32,000 nucleotides of DNA from Candidatus Saccharimonadota bacterium (GCA_025349965.1 CP075337.1:30001-62000); one strand, 5' to 3'; positions 8,492 to 17,318 are shown, numbered from the stretch's first letter. Numbers and translations are program-made. Notes: generated by a model from the sequence alone, not told the origin.

Positions 8492-8497
8492 ATTGTA
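8492..8497 (-). promoter_or_regulatory. -10-like TACAAT (minus strand) 6 nt upstream of the sucC ATG 8485
   Basis: The minus strand reads TACAAT-aagcat-ATG with no SD. Confidence 0.4.
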
Positions 8498-8527
8498 GCC
8501 GAGCTCGATACAAAACGGTAGGGATGG

Positions 8528-8533
8528 TATACT
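8528..8533 (+). promoter_or_regulatory. -10-like TATACT 6 nt upstream of the cupin gene ATG 8540
   Basis: GGTATACT-catggt-ATG. A weak -35 candidate, TCGATA, lies at 8505-8510 (17-nt spacing). Confidence 0.45.
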
Positions 8534-8539
8534 CATGGT

Positions 8540-9088
8540 ATGGAAAAGACTGATTTACAAAATAATATTGAAACATCTGCAGAACTATTTAATAAAGAGC
8601 AATTTACTGCCGATATTATGAGTCAACTGTCAAACGTCGGATACGAAATTGTTGAAGTTAATACAGACAAGCCGTGGGGTTCGTATATCCGAATTAGCAG
8701 TGAGCAGGCTGACGCTTTCGTTGAGGAATTCTTCCCAGGGCTCTCTCCTGAAGAGGCTCGTCTTGGAATGGAGGGTGCTGAATTAAGCCCGAAGATCCTT
8801 ATTGTTACACCGGGAGAGCGGCTTAGCTGGCAGTATCACCACCGCCGCGCAGAGCGTTGGACATTCCTTACAGAAGGTTCATACAACAAGAGTCTTACTG
8901 ATGAGCCGGGTGAGGCATTTATCGCACAACCAGGAGATGTGGTTCAGTTTGAAAAATCTGAGCGCCACCGCCTTAACGGACTACCAAACACGGTTGTTGT
9001 CGCAGCTGAAATTTGGCAACACACCGATGCCGACGCACCATCTGATGAGGATGATATTGTGCGGCTTTTTGATGATTATAGCCGATAG
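8540..9088 (+). CDS. Cupin-domain protein resembling the C-terminal isomerase domain of type II phosphomannose isomerase
   Basis: KPWGSY...ERLSWQYHHRRAERWTFLTG...ERHRL...EIWQH...EDDIVRLFDDYSR matches the PMI type II cupin pattern (S.Q.H..R.E.W, EDDIVR..D.YGR) as I recall it. Confidence 0.7.
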   Translation: MEKTDLQNNIETSAELFNKEQFTADIMSQLSNVGYEIVEVNTDKPWGSYIRISSEQADAFVEEFFPGLSPEEARLGMEGAELSPKILIVTPGERLSWQYHHRRAERWTFLTEGSYNKSLTDEPGEAFIAQPGDVVQFEKSERHRLNGLPNTVVVAAEIWQHTDADAPSDEDDIVRLFDDYSR

Positions 9089-10260
9089 TCTGTAGTGTCT
9101 CTTTTTGTAAGCCTAAGAATGAACTTCCTAGGCTTACTTTTTATTGCCAAGAAGATTTTTGTAGCTCCGAATACCACTGCTATTGCTCCAAATCCGATGA
9201 GCGTACTAATAGTAAAGCCGAGGTTTGTGTTGTTTTTTGTGAAAACAATGAAAATGCCAAAAATAACAAAAGAATGAATTACATATACAACCAGAGAGTT
9301 TTGGCCCAAGAAGCTAAAGAATGAACCTGTATATTTCTTGATGCGATCTTCATTTTTTTGGAAAAGAACTAACACTGCCGTAAACCATAAAATAGATATT
9401 ATCACGCGAAGAATTGGCATAAATTGCTTGCTAAATAGGGTGTCGTGAAGAGGGTAGGGTATATGAAGGCTGTTCTGCAGTAGGATGAATAAGCTGTTAT
9501 TGAAGTGAAAGGAGATGATAGTTGGATAGAGAAGATCGACGTATGTGGACCACAAGACGGTCAGTGCGGCGACGGTAAAGATCGTTGCTGTGTAGGGGCG
9601 GCTTTTCCGGTTATTAAAGAATTTAATAATAACATCCAGTTTGCCGCCAATAATCATTCCTGCGACAAAGAGTACCTGCCATGCGGTAAAATGCTCAATA
9701 CCAATAGAGGGGCTTGTAAACCAGATCAGGGCACTGATTCCAATGAGTATGCCCGTCTTCTTATATGCTATTAGGAAAAGTGCTGCAGGAGCAAGAAGCA
9801 TAAACACAGCATACCGTGCGAGGAAGTCGGTCCATCCATAGATATAGCTGAGTGACAGAAGGTCTTGTAGAAAGTTTATTGAAAAAATATTTCCGTTGTA
9901 TAAAACACCCTGCGTAGGGTCTGTTTTTAAAATAATTGCAGCAAGTGTGAAGACAAGAGTTGTCGCTATAGAAAGGGTGTAGAGTAAAGCCGCCCTTTTC
10001 CAAACCTTCTCTAGAACTTTTTTAGTGTTTGTGAGAATTTTCGGCAGATAGAGATATGAAACCATAAGCCCAGATAGAAGGAAAAAGCCTTCCGCAGCAG
10101 AGCTGATGAGTGCACCATTTCCTGTAATGATGTCGGTAATTTTTGGAGCATAAGGGACGTGGTTGATGATAATAAATGACAGAAGAACGCCCCTGATAAG
10201 ATCAAGATATAAAAGGCGTTTTTTCTTGGTTGGATTAACTATCAAACTCCCCTTGTGCAC
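9076..10260 (-). CDS. Polytopic membrane acyltransferase (acyltransferase-3 / OpgC-like family)
   Basis: N-terminal signature KKKRLLYLDLIRGVLLSFIIINHV (R..LD..RG......H), followed by about 10 hydrophobic segments. GTG start at 10260. Assignment to a subfamily is uncertain. Confidence 0.6.
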   Translation of the reverse strand: MHKGSLIVNPTKKKRLLYLDLIRGVLLSFIIINHVPYAPKITDIITGNGALISSAAEGFFLLSGLMVSYLYLPKILTNTKKVLEKVWKRAALLYTLSIATTLVFTLAAIILKTDPTQGVLYNGNIFSINFLQDLLSLSYIYGWTDFLARYAVFMLLAPAALFLIAYKKTGILIGISALIWFTSPSIGIEHFTAWQVLFVAGMIIGGKLDVIIKFFNNRKSRPYTATIFTVAALTVLWSTYVDLLYPTIISFHFNNSLFILLQNSLHIPYPLHDTLFSKQFMPILRVIISILWFTAVLVLFQKNEDRIKKYTGSFFSFLGQNSLVVYVIHSFVIFGIFIVFTKNNTNLGFTISTLIGFGAIAVVFGATKIFLAIKSKPRKFILRLTKRDTTDYRL

Positions 10261-10267
10261 GATTACT

Positions 10268-10273
10268 ATAGTA
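10268..10273 (-). promoter_or_regulatory. -10-like TACTAT (minus strand) 7 nt upstream of the GTG 10260
   Basis: The minus strand reads TACTAT-agtaatc-GTG. Confidence 0.3.
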
Positions 10274-10334
10274 GCGCTTATGTATGAATTAGTAAAATAT
10301 TTACAGGGGTTGGTGTATAATTAGGAGAGTTATT

Positions 10335-11150
10335 ATGATCAGTACAATTACAAGCAGATACAGATACTCACTGATTCTCTTAAGAGAGCTCGTTGTGACA
10401 GAGTTTAAATTACGTTATCAGGGATCGGTTCTCGGATACCTATGGTCACTGCTTAAGCCGCTCTTTACGTTTATTATTCTTTATTTTGTCTTCGTGCATT
10501 TCTTGAAAATTGGTGGTGATGTCCCAGGTTGGCCAGTGGCTATGCTTCTGGGTATTGTGCTTTGGAACTTCTTTTCAGAAATAACAAATAACGGTGTTGG
10601 TGCAATTGTTGGACGCGGTGACCTGATTAGGAAGCTTAATTTCCCGAAGTATATTATTGTTATCGCGAGCTCGATATCGGCACTTATCAACCTTGTCTTT
10701 AACCTCGCTGTCTTAGTTGTATTTTTATTTGTTGCAAATATTGACATCGGCTGGACTGCTCTCCTTACGCCGCTATATATGATTGAAATATTTATCTTCG
10801 GTCTTGGAATTGCATTTATTCTCAGCACACTTTATGTGCGATTTAGAGATATTAACTACATCTGGGAGATTATTATGCAGGCTCTCTTTTATGGTTCTGC
10901 TATTATCTATCCCCTCTCTATTATTGCGACACCAAACCCTATGCTCGCTCAAATCATCTTACTCAATCCGGTGACACAATCTATTCAATCGGCGCGTGCA
11001 GCACTCGTTGACCCGGCGAATGCAACAGCGGTTAGTCTCGGTAGTCCGTGGTGGGTAATTGTCACGCCTTTTATCCTTACTATTGTGGTATTTATTTTCG
11101 GCGCATGGTTGTTTAAGAGGAATTCACCTCATTTTGCGGAGAATGTATAA
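10335..11150 (+). CDS. ABC-2 type polysaccharide/teichoic-acid export permease (Wzm/TagG-like)
   Basis: 271 aa with six hydrophobic segments. N-terminal LLRELVVTEFKLRYQGSVLGYLWSLLKPL is typical of ABC-2 exporters. AGGAGA SD upstream. The ATG of the next gene overlaps this gene's stop. Confidence 0.85.
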   Translation: MISTITSRYRYSLILLRELVVTEFKLRYQGSVLGYLWSLLKPLFTFIILYFVFVHFLKIGGDVPGWPVAMLLGIVLWNFFSEITNNGVGAIVGRGDLIRKLNFPKYIIVIASSISALINLVFNLAVLVVFLFVANIDIGWTALLTPLYMIEIFIFGLGIAFILSTLYVRFRDINYIWEIIMQALFYGSAIIYPLSIIATPNPMLAQIILLNPVTQSIQSARAALVDPANATAVSLGSPWWVIVTPFILTIVVFIFGAWLFKRNSPHFAENV

Positions 11151-12328
11151 TGCCAGATACTATTGCTATTTCGGTTGAGGATGTAAAAAAAGACTTCTAC
11201 CTTCCTCATGAAAAAAGTTCGCGCTCAATTAAATCTTCAGTAGTTAACTTTTGGCGCAAGACTGAAAAGGGTGGTAATACACAGCATGCACTTAAGGGTG
11301 TTTCGTTTGAGATTAAGAAGGGTGAATTTTTCGGAATTGTTGGTAGAAATGGTTCGGGTAAATCAACACTACTTAAACTTCTCGCTGGGATTTATCAACC
11401 GACCGAGGGGGCGATTCGCACTGAAGGGAAGCTCATGCCATTTATTGAGCTTGGTGTTGGATTTAACCCGGAACTCTCTGGACGTGAAAATGTATATCTA
11501 AATGGGGCGCTTCTTGGTTTCTCTAAGAAGGAAATAGATACTATCTACGATGAGATTGTTGAATTTGCCGAGCTCGGTGATTTCATGGACCAGAAGCTGA
11601 AGAATTACTCATCAGGTATGCAGGTTCGCCTTGCTTTTTCAGTTGCAACACGTGCGAAAGCGGATATTATGCTCATTGATGAAGTGCTTGCTGTGGGCGA
11701 TGCAGATTTCCAGCGTAAGTGTTACGACTACTTCAGGAAGATCAAGAAAGACTCAGATGTGACGGTTATTTTCGTTACGCACGACATGAATGCTGTGCGC
11801 GATTTCTGTGATCGAGCTATTGTTATTGAAAATGGATACGTTAAGCGCGCGGGGACACCTGATGAGGTTGCAGATGAGTATCTTAAGCTTTTCAACAAGA
11901 GCAGCGACGCCGAAGAGGTGGAGAAGTCTACGAACCGATGGGGGAGTGGAGAGGTGAAGTTTGAAGAAATTAGCTTAAAGTTTGATGATAATAAGATTAA
12001 GTTATTGTCGTCAATCACTGCAATGGATGATGTTAGGGATTTTATTGTAGACTTTAAGATATATAATGTTAACGGACATTTAATAACAGGGTTTAATACA
12101 AACGACCTTCTTGGACTGCAGACGATAAAGGCTGGTGAAAGGTCTGATTTAAAATTCAGCTTTGATAACGTATTTGGTTATAGGAATTATACAATTGATG
12201 CTGAGATAGTTTCAAAAGATAATACGAGGGTTTTTGATAAGTGGAAGCAAGCCGCGTCGATAAAAGACAACAAAAGCGCCCGGTACAAGGTTAAGTACCC
12301 TGTAAATATTCAGGTTGAGGTTTTGTAA
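11150..12328 (+). CDS. Polysaccharide/teichoic-acid export ATP-binding protein (Wzt/TagH-like) with a C-terminal extra domain
   Basis: Walker A GRNGSGKST, signature YSSGMQVRLAF, Walker B IMLIDEVLAVGD, H-loop VTHDM. A C-terminal domain of about 130 aa begins RWGSGEVKFEEISL, like Wzt_C carbohydrate-binding domains. Confidence 0.88.
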   Translation: MPDTIAISVEDVKKDFYLPHEKSSRSIKSSVVNFWRKTEKGGNTQHALKGVSFEIKKGEFFGIVGRNGSGKSTLLKLLAGIYQPTEGAIRTEGKLMPFIELGVGFNPELSGRENVYLNGALLGFSKKEIDTIYDEIVEFAELGDFMDQKLKNYSSGMQVRLAFSVATRAKADIMLIDEVLAVGDADFQRKCYDYFRKIKKDSDVTVIFVTHDMNAVRDFCDRAIVIENGYVKRAGTPDEVADEYLKLFNKSSDAEEVEKSTNRWGSGEVKFEEISLKFDDNKIKLLSSITAMDDVRDFIVDFKIYNVNGHLITGFNTNDLLGLQTIKAGERSDLKFSFDNVFGYRNYTIDAEIVSKDNTRVFDKWKQAASIKDNKSARYKVKYPVNIQVEVL

Positions 12329-13029
12329 TGAATGTAGCTGTACTGACTGCTGGTGGTGTAGGAAGTAGATTGAATAATAATATTCCCAAACAATTTTTGA
12401 CAGTAAACGATGTGCCAATTATTATCTATACACTTAGGCAGTTTCAGAAAAATAAAGATGTGGATAAGATTATTGTTGCCTGCTTAGAGGACTGGAAGCC
12501 TGCATTAAACGCCTATAAGAGAGAATACGATATAGACAAGCTCGAATGGATCGTTAATGGGGGTGAGACTGGTGCTGAGTCTATTGTTAATTGTCTAGAT
12601 GCGCTGAAGAAGAATCTGGGCAATGAAGATGTTACGGTGATTATTCATGATGGAAACAGGCCGCTAGTATCAAGTGATGTTATTAAAAGTGCCCTTTTAG
12701 TAAAGAAGGAGTATGGTAATGCTATTGCCTGCTTGCCAAGTAACGAAGTTCTCCTTGAACTAAATAATGCAAACGACAACAGCTCCAACCATTCGATTAA
12801 CAGGGATGTAGTGAGGAGGACGCAGACACCTCACGTCTTCTCTCTCGACGATATTAGGGACAAATACAGTAAGGCAATGAAAAATGGAATTCATCCTGTA
12901 GCACCCTGTGATGCAGTTATTATTAACAACGAGAGAGTGTATCTATCCGAAGGTTCTGAACTTAATTTTAAAGTAACAACTCAGGGTGATTTAAAAATAC
13001 TCAGAGCCCTTATTGAAAGCGGTGTGTAG
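12328..13029 (+). CDS. IspD/TarI-family cytidylyltransferase (pentitol/pentulose-5-phosphate cytidylyltransferase candidate)
   Basis: MNVAVLTAGGVGSRLNNNIPKQFLTVNDVPIIIYTL closely resembles the TarI N-terminus (AGG.GSR...PKQFL). 233 aa. Confidence 0.8.
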   Translation: MNVAVLTAGGVGSRLNNNIPKQFLTVNDVPIIIYTLRQFQKNKDVDKIIVACLEDWKPALNAYKREYDIDKLEWIVNGGETGAESIVNCLDALKKNLGNEDVTVIIHDGNRPLVSSDVIKSALLVKKEYGNAIACLPSNEVLLELNNANDNSSNHSINRDVVRRTQTPHVFSLDDIRDKYSKAMKNGIHPVAPCDAVIINNERVYLSEGSELNFKVTTQGDLKILRALIESGV

Positions 13030-13036
13030 TGTAGAT

Positions 13037-14059
13037 ATGCTATACCACGGTTATGAAGCTGATTTTGATGAGGTAGTTGGTAGATTTGACTTCAGTGGTC
13101 TTTACACTAAGAAGATATTAGTTACCGGAGCAACGGGGATGATCGGCGCTTGTTTGGTTGACTTTTTTATTTACTTAAACCAGAACAAGTCGGCCAATAT
13201 AAAAATAAAGATATTAGCGAGATCTTCTAATGGGGTTTTGGAAACATTCGGGCTAAACGCTGACTATATAGAGGTTGTAGAGGGCGATATCAGAAGTGTT
13301 GATACTTCGCGATTCGGAGATGATTTAGATTATATAGTAAACGCCGCAAGTATCGCAAATCCAGCAGCCTATATTTCTAATCCAGTCGAAACAATCGATA
13401 CGTCAATACTTGGGGTGAGGAGTCTTTTAGATTATGCTAAAAGCTCGAAGCTAGAAAGGATTATCCATCTATCGACAGTCGAAGTTACTGGAGTTGTTAG
13501 AGGTGGTATTGTTTCAGAAGATACGATCGGCGGGGTTGATATAATGAACACTCGCGCGAGCTATCCAGAATCAAAGCGTTTATCTGAAGTTTATTGCAGG
13601 TCGTATAACTCCCAATATGGTACAGATGTCGTCATTGCAAGACCAGTTAAAACATACGGGCTGTACAACAATAAGTCAGACAATAGGGCGATGGCTTATA
13701 TGCAACGTTGCATGGAGGCCTCTACTAATATTAGACTTGGTACTAAAGCCCAGAGTAGGTATGCGTTATGCTACGCCGTTGATGTAGTTACCGCTATTTT
13801 GACATTATTGCTACATGCAAAATCTGGAGAAACCTACAATATAGCAGACGGAGCGTCTTATGCGAGCATTTCGGATATAGCGGAAGAGCTGGCTAAGCGT
13901 GTCGGGTTGTCTGTTGAGTATGAAACCCTAGAAGATAGTAAATTTTCTCAAATAGCGAGTGATATGAGATATGATAGTTCCAAATTAGAGTCGTTGGGGT
14001 GGTATCCACTAACTTCACTTGCGGATGGTATGGATAAGATTGTGAGATTTGTGAGATAA
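13037..14059 (+). CDS. Extended short-chain dehydrogenase/reductase (NAD(P)-dependent epimerase/dehydratase family); candidate reductase of the CDP-polyol pathway
   Basis: Rossmann motif ILVTGATGMIGACLVDF and catalytic YPESK (YxxxK). ATG 13037 is preferred over the TTG at 13013, which overlaps the upstream gene. Confidence 0.8.
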   Translation: MLYHGYEADFDEVVGRFDFSGLYTKKILVTGATGMIGACLVDFFIYLNQNKSANIKIKILARSSNGVLETFGLNADYIEVVEGDIRSVDTSRFGDDLDYIVNAASIANPAAYISNPVETIDTSILGVRSLLDYAKSSKLERIIHLSTVEVTGVVRGGIVSEDTIGGVDIMNTRASYPESKRLSEVYCRSYNSQYGTDVVIARPVKTYGLYNNKSDNRAMAYMQRCMEASTNIRLGTKAQSRYALCYAVDVVTAILTLLLHAKSGETYNIADGASYASISDIAEELAKRVGLSVEYETLEDSKFSQIASDMRYDSSKLESLGWYPLTSLADGMDKIVRFVR

Positions 14060-14061
14060 GT

Positions 14062-15066
14062 ATGACGGACCTTCAGGTAAAACTACTCGATATATATCGA
14101 GAGATAAAAAGAATATGCGAAAAGTATAACATTACCTATTATGCCGACGGAGGTACAAAATTAGGAGCGGTACGCCATGGCGGGTTTATTCCGTGGGATG
14201 ATGATATGGATATCGCAATGAAGCTAGATGACTATAATGTGTTTAAAAAAGTTGCGCGTAAGGAGCTAGCCGACTCATACGAACTGCTCGATGGATCGTC
14301 AATAGATCATGTGGACTTTTCTTTTTTGAAGATATCGGATAAAACAACAACATTTATTCGGTGGGAAGACCTACCTTTTTCTGAAAACTATATGGGTGTA
14401 CATATCGATGTGTTTCCGTATGTAGGTACAGACAGTAGTCGCAGTGAAAGTGCTTTTAATAAAAAACTCGACCTACTAATTGATGAAATTACGAGCAAAA
14501 AGCTATATGGTATTGGGCGTGAACTGCCTATTTTATTCAAAGAACAGAAAGAGCTCCAGCAAAGGTTTCGTCTGAAAGAGTCTAGGTATGTACGAAACGG
14601 TACGACATCAATGTGGCGTGACTCGGCGATATTTCCGACAAGCGGATACGAGAATAGTGTAGAGATTCCATTTGAGGATACTGTCATTCCGCTTCCGGGC
14701 GGGTTTGAAAGGCAGCTTAAGATCCAGTACGGGGACTACATGAAATTTCCACCAAAAAACGAACGCGTGTCTCATCATTTTGGCTTCGTAGATCTTAATA
14801 CGCCATATACACACTACCAGAAGGAGTCAAGGCAGCACTTTGTCTCGGAAGTAATTAAGTATACTCATACACTACAGATCTCAAAGTATCAGGCCGAGCG
14901 TCGACTTATAGAACAGGAAGAGAAGAGCGCTGAAGAGATGAAGCATAAAGAATACTTTATTTCCGAGGCGGAGCGTAAATACACCGAGGCTCAAAAAGAG
15001 CTTAACTCAATTTATAATTCTCGTGCATGGAAGGTTGTTACCCAACTGAGAAAGATGAGTAAGTAG
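14062..15066 (+). CDS. LicD-family phosphotransferase (phosphocholine/polyol-phosphate transferase) with a C-terminal coiled-coil extension
   Basis: LicD signature YYADGGTKLGAVRHGGFIPWDDDMDIAM and HIDVFP. The C-terminal roughly 65 aa (14875-15063) are heptad-like and charged (QAERRLIEQEEKSAEEMKHKEYFISEAERKYTEAQKELNSIYNSRAWKVV). Confidence 0.85.
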   Translation: MTDLQVKLLDIYREIKRICEKYNITYYADGGTKLGAVRHGGFIPWDDDMDIAMKLDDYNVFKKVARKELADSYELLDGSSIDHVDFSFLKISDKTTTFIRWEDLPFSENYMGVHIDVFPYVGTDSSRSESAFNKKLDLLIDEITSKKLYGIGRELPILFKEQKELQQRFRLKESRYVRNGTTSMWRDSAIFPTSGYENSVEIPFEDTVIPLPGGFERQLKIQYGDYMKFPPKNERVSHHFGFVDLNTPYTHYQKESRQHFVSEVIKYTHTLQISKYQAERRLIEQEEKSAEEMKHKEYFISEAERKYTEAQKELNSIYNSRAWKVVTQLRKMSK

Positions 15067-15069
15067 TTC

Positions 15070-16179
15070 GTGCGAAAAACAAAGCTATTTTTTGATGGAA
15101 CGCCGCTTATCGGTAAGCATGTGAGCGGCGTTGGTAAAGTACTTCAAGAAACACTTCTTGCACTTGATACGAAGGTGTATGCTGACAGGTACTCAATCTT
15201 TATCTTTCTCCCGTTTGATGAAAGGCATAATGCAAGTCACCTTGCATATACTTATATAAAGGTGAAATATCTTCCATATCCCCATAAGATTCTTAGTCTT
15301 TTCTCGCGTATGCGTGTTGCGCCACCCCTCGATCTTTTTCTGGGAAAAGGGGTATATGTATTTGAGAATTTTAGAAATTGGAGTCTTATTGCTTCGAAGT
15401 CAATCACATACGTTCATGATGTAGCATTTAAGATGCACCCCGAGTTTATAGAAGAGCGTAACCTTGCGTATCTAAATAAATATATCAACATGTGGGTTGA
15501 GCGCAGCGATGTCATCGTGACAGTTTCAGAGGCGTCGAGAGTGGATATAGAGAAGGTATTTGGTGTGAAGGCGGAGGTGATACCAAATGCAGTCAGGGGC
15601 GACCTCTTTAGGCCACGAAGTGTTGACGAAGTTAACATGGTCCGCAATCAGTGGGGTATACCAGAGAGATACTATTTGTTTATTGGAAATATTGAGCCAC
15701 GCAAGAACCTCGAGAATACAATTGACGCGTATACCCAGATAGCACAGCCTGGCGAGGCACTTGTACTTATCGGTGGTGGCGGATGGCGTAATGAGTCGAT
15801 TTTGGATAAAGCCCAGCACGCAACCCTAGATGGTAAGATTGTAATGCGACCGAGTGGGTATGTTCCGGATGAAGATCTCCCTGCGCTTATTTCGGGTGCA
15901 AAAGCACTTGTGCACTTCCCGTGGTACGAAGGTTCCGGTCTCCCTATTCTCCAGGCGGCTTCGTGTGGCGTGCCTATTGCGGCATCTGATATTCCGCCAC
16001 TTCGCGAGGTTGTGAGTGGTTTTAGTGATAGGGTTGTATTTGCAAGTCCTGAAGATATATCACTTATGGCGGAAGCAATTAAGGCTGCTTCAGAAAAGCA
16101 ACATGATCAAAATATAAAGACGCCCGTTACATGGGCGTCTGCGGCTCAAAAGCTTACTGATATAGTTGAAACTCTTTAG
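15070..16179 (+). CDS. Glycosyltransferase family 4-like (GT-B)
   Basis: GNIEPRKN and FPWYEGSGLPILQAASCGVPIAASDIPPLREV. GTG start. Confidence 0.85.
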   Translation: MRKTKLFFDGTPLIGKHVSGVGKVLQETLLALDTKVYADRYSIFIFLPFDERHNASHLAYTYIKVKYLPYPHKILSLFSRMRVAPPLDLFLGKGVYVFENFRNWSLIASKSITYVHDVAFKMHPEFIEERNLAYLNKYINMWVERSDVIVTVSEASRVDIEKVFGVKAEVIPNAVRGDLFRPRSVDEVNMVRNQWGIPERYYLFIGNIEPRKNLENTIDAYTQIAQPGEALVLIGGGGWRNESILDKAQHATLDGKIVMRPSGYVPDEDLPALISGAKALVHFPWYEGSGLPILQAASCGVPIAASDIPPLREVVSGFSDRVVFASPEDISLMAEAIKAASEKQHDQNIKTPVTWASAAQKLTDIVETL

Positions 16180-17318
16180 AGGATTGTCTTGTATGCATCA
16201 ATGAGGCGCGTTGACATATTCTTCCATGAATTTGCTTCGGCGTATTGCTTGACTCGCTCTGCCTGTTCTTTAATGTCGATACTCTCAACCTCTTTTGCTA
16301 GTTCGTAGTAGCTGTCGGACTGTGTAAGAACAAGTTGGTTAATTTCGGAATTTGTTTCTTTGAATGTTGATACCGGGTAGGCGACAATTGGCCGCTCATT
16401 CGCAATCGCAAGATTGAGTGCACCCGACGCAACCCCCTTATAATACACACTGTTGTAGGGGTAGAGGCTGATGTCCGTCTCGCGAATATAGCTATTGAGC
16501 GTTTCATCCTCCAGAACAACACCCGTAAAGTACACACGGTCTTTTAGGTCTCGTTTAATCACGAGATCTGCAAGTGTATCATAGAGTTTCTGGTCATTGC
16601 TGTCTGATTTGACGCCACCGAGCACTGCAAGCTTGTAATTATTGGGAAGGTACGAGAGTGCTTTTATTGCCTTATCAATACCCTTGAAGCGGTGTAGATA
16701 CCCAATCGTGCTGAGGATAATATCACCTTCCTTTTTATTGAGAGACTCTGCTATAAATGTTGTAGGTTTTGGATTTGTGAGACTGTAAGTAGGGTGGGGA
16801 ATGAGCGTAAGAATCGATGCAGGCACTCCATATCTGCGCAATTGACCAATTGTATATTCATTGTGAGCAATGACGAGGTCTGCAGATAGAAGTGGCCGGA
16901 TGTGTATATTGGACAGTTGCTTATTATGCCTTTGCGACCTAAGGAATGAAATAATACTTTTTGGCCCTAAACCTGTTAGGGGTTTGTGGATGATGATAAG
17001 GTCAGGAGAGGTGTGGTATGTGACTACAACTTTTACGTTGGCTGCTTTTGCCGTGTCAATAAGTTGTTGGAGTTGAGCACCGCGAAAAAAACCAAATTCA
17101 TGCTGAATATGAAAAATGTCATACCCTTTTATAGTCTTTCTAAGTTCGTGAATAACATTTGAGAATTCATGATCATTCATTTCTCGTGTTTGATAGGGTG
17201 AAAACGAGAAAAACTCAGCACTATTAGATTCTAGCGCGTTAATCTCATCATTGTAGTTTTCTTGGTACTTGGCGATACCACAATCTTCGTAGTGAGAGCT
17301 AAAGTTTAAAATTTTCAT
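16176..17318 (-). CDS. Glycosyltransferase, GT-B fold (divergent GT4-like)
   Basis: 380 aa with a two-Rossmann layout. The C-terminal half has the degenerate motif YYKGVASGALNLAIANERPIVAY. The ATG overlaps the stop of the upstream GT. Confidence 0.6.
   Translation of the reverse strand: MKILNFSSHYEDCGIAKYQENYNDEINALESNSAEFFSFSPYQTREMNDHEFSNVIHELRKTIKGYDIFHIQHEFGFFRGAQLQQLIDTAKAANVKVVVTYHTSPDLIIIHKPLTGLGPKSIISFLRSQRHNKQLSNIHIRPLLSADLVIAHNEYTIGQLRRYGVPASILTLIPHPTYSLTNPKPTTFIAESLNKKEGDIILSTIGYLHRFKGIDKAIKALSYLPNNYKLAVLGGVKSDSNDQKLYDTLADLVIKRDLKDRVYFTGVVLEDETLNSYIRETDISLYPYNSVYYKGVASGALNLAIANERPIVAYPVSTFKETNSEINQLVLTQSDSYYELAKEVESIDIKEQAERVKQYAEANSWKNMSTRLIDAYKTIL

Noticed and set aside
10316-10321. 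TATAAT upstream of wzm as another leaderless-type promoter
   Set aside because: It lies 13 nt from ATG 10335, with the AGGAGA SD (10323-10328) in between. A transcript starting about 7 nt downstream would remove the SD, so its role is ambiguous. It is not counted among the leaderless cases.
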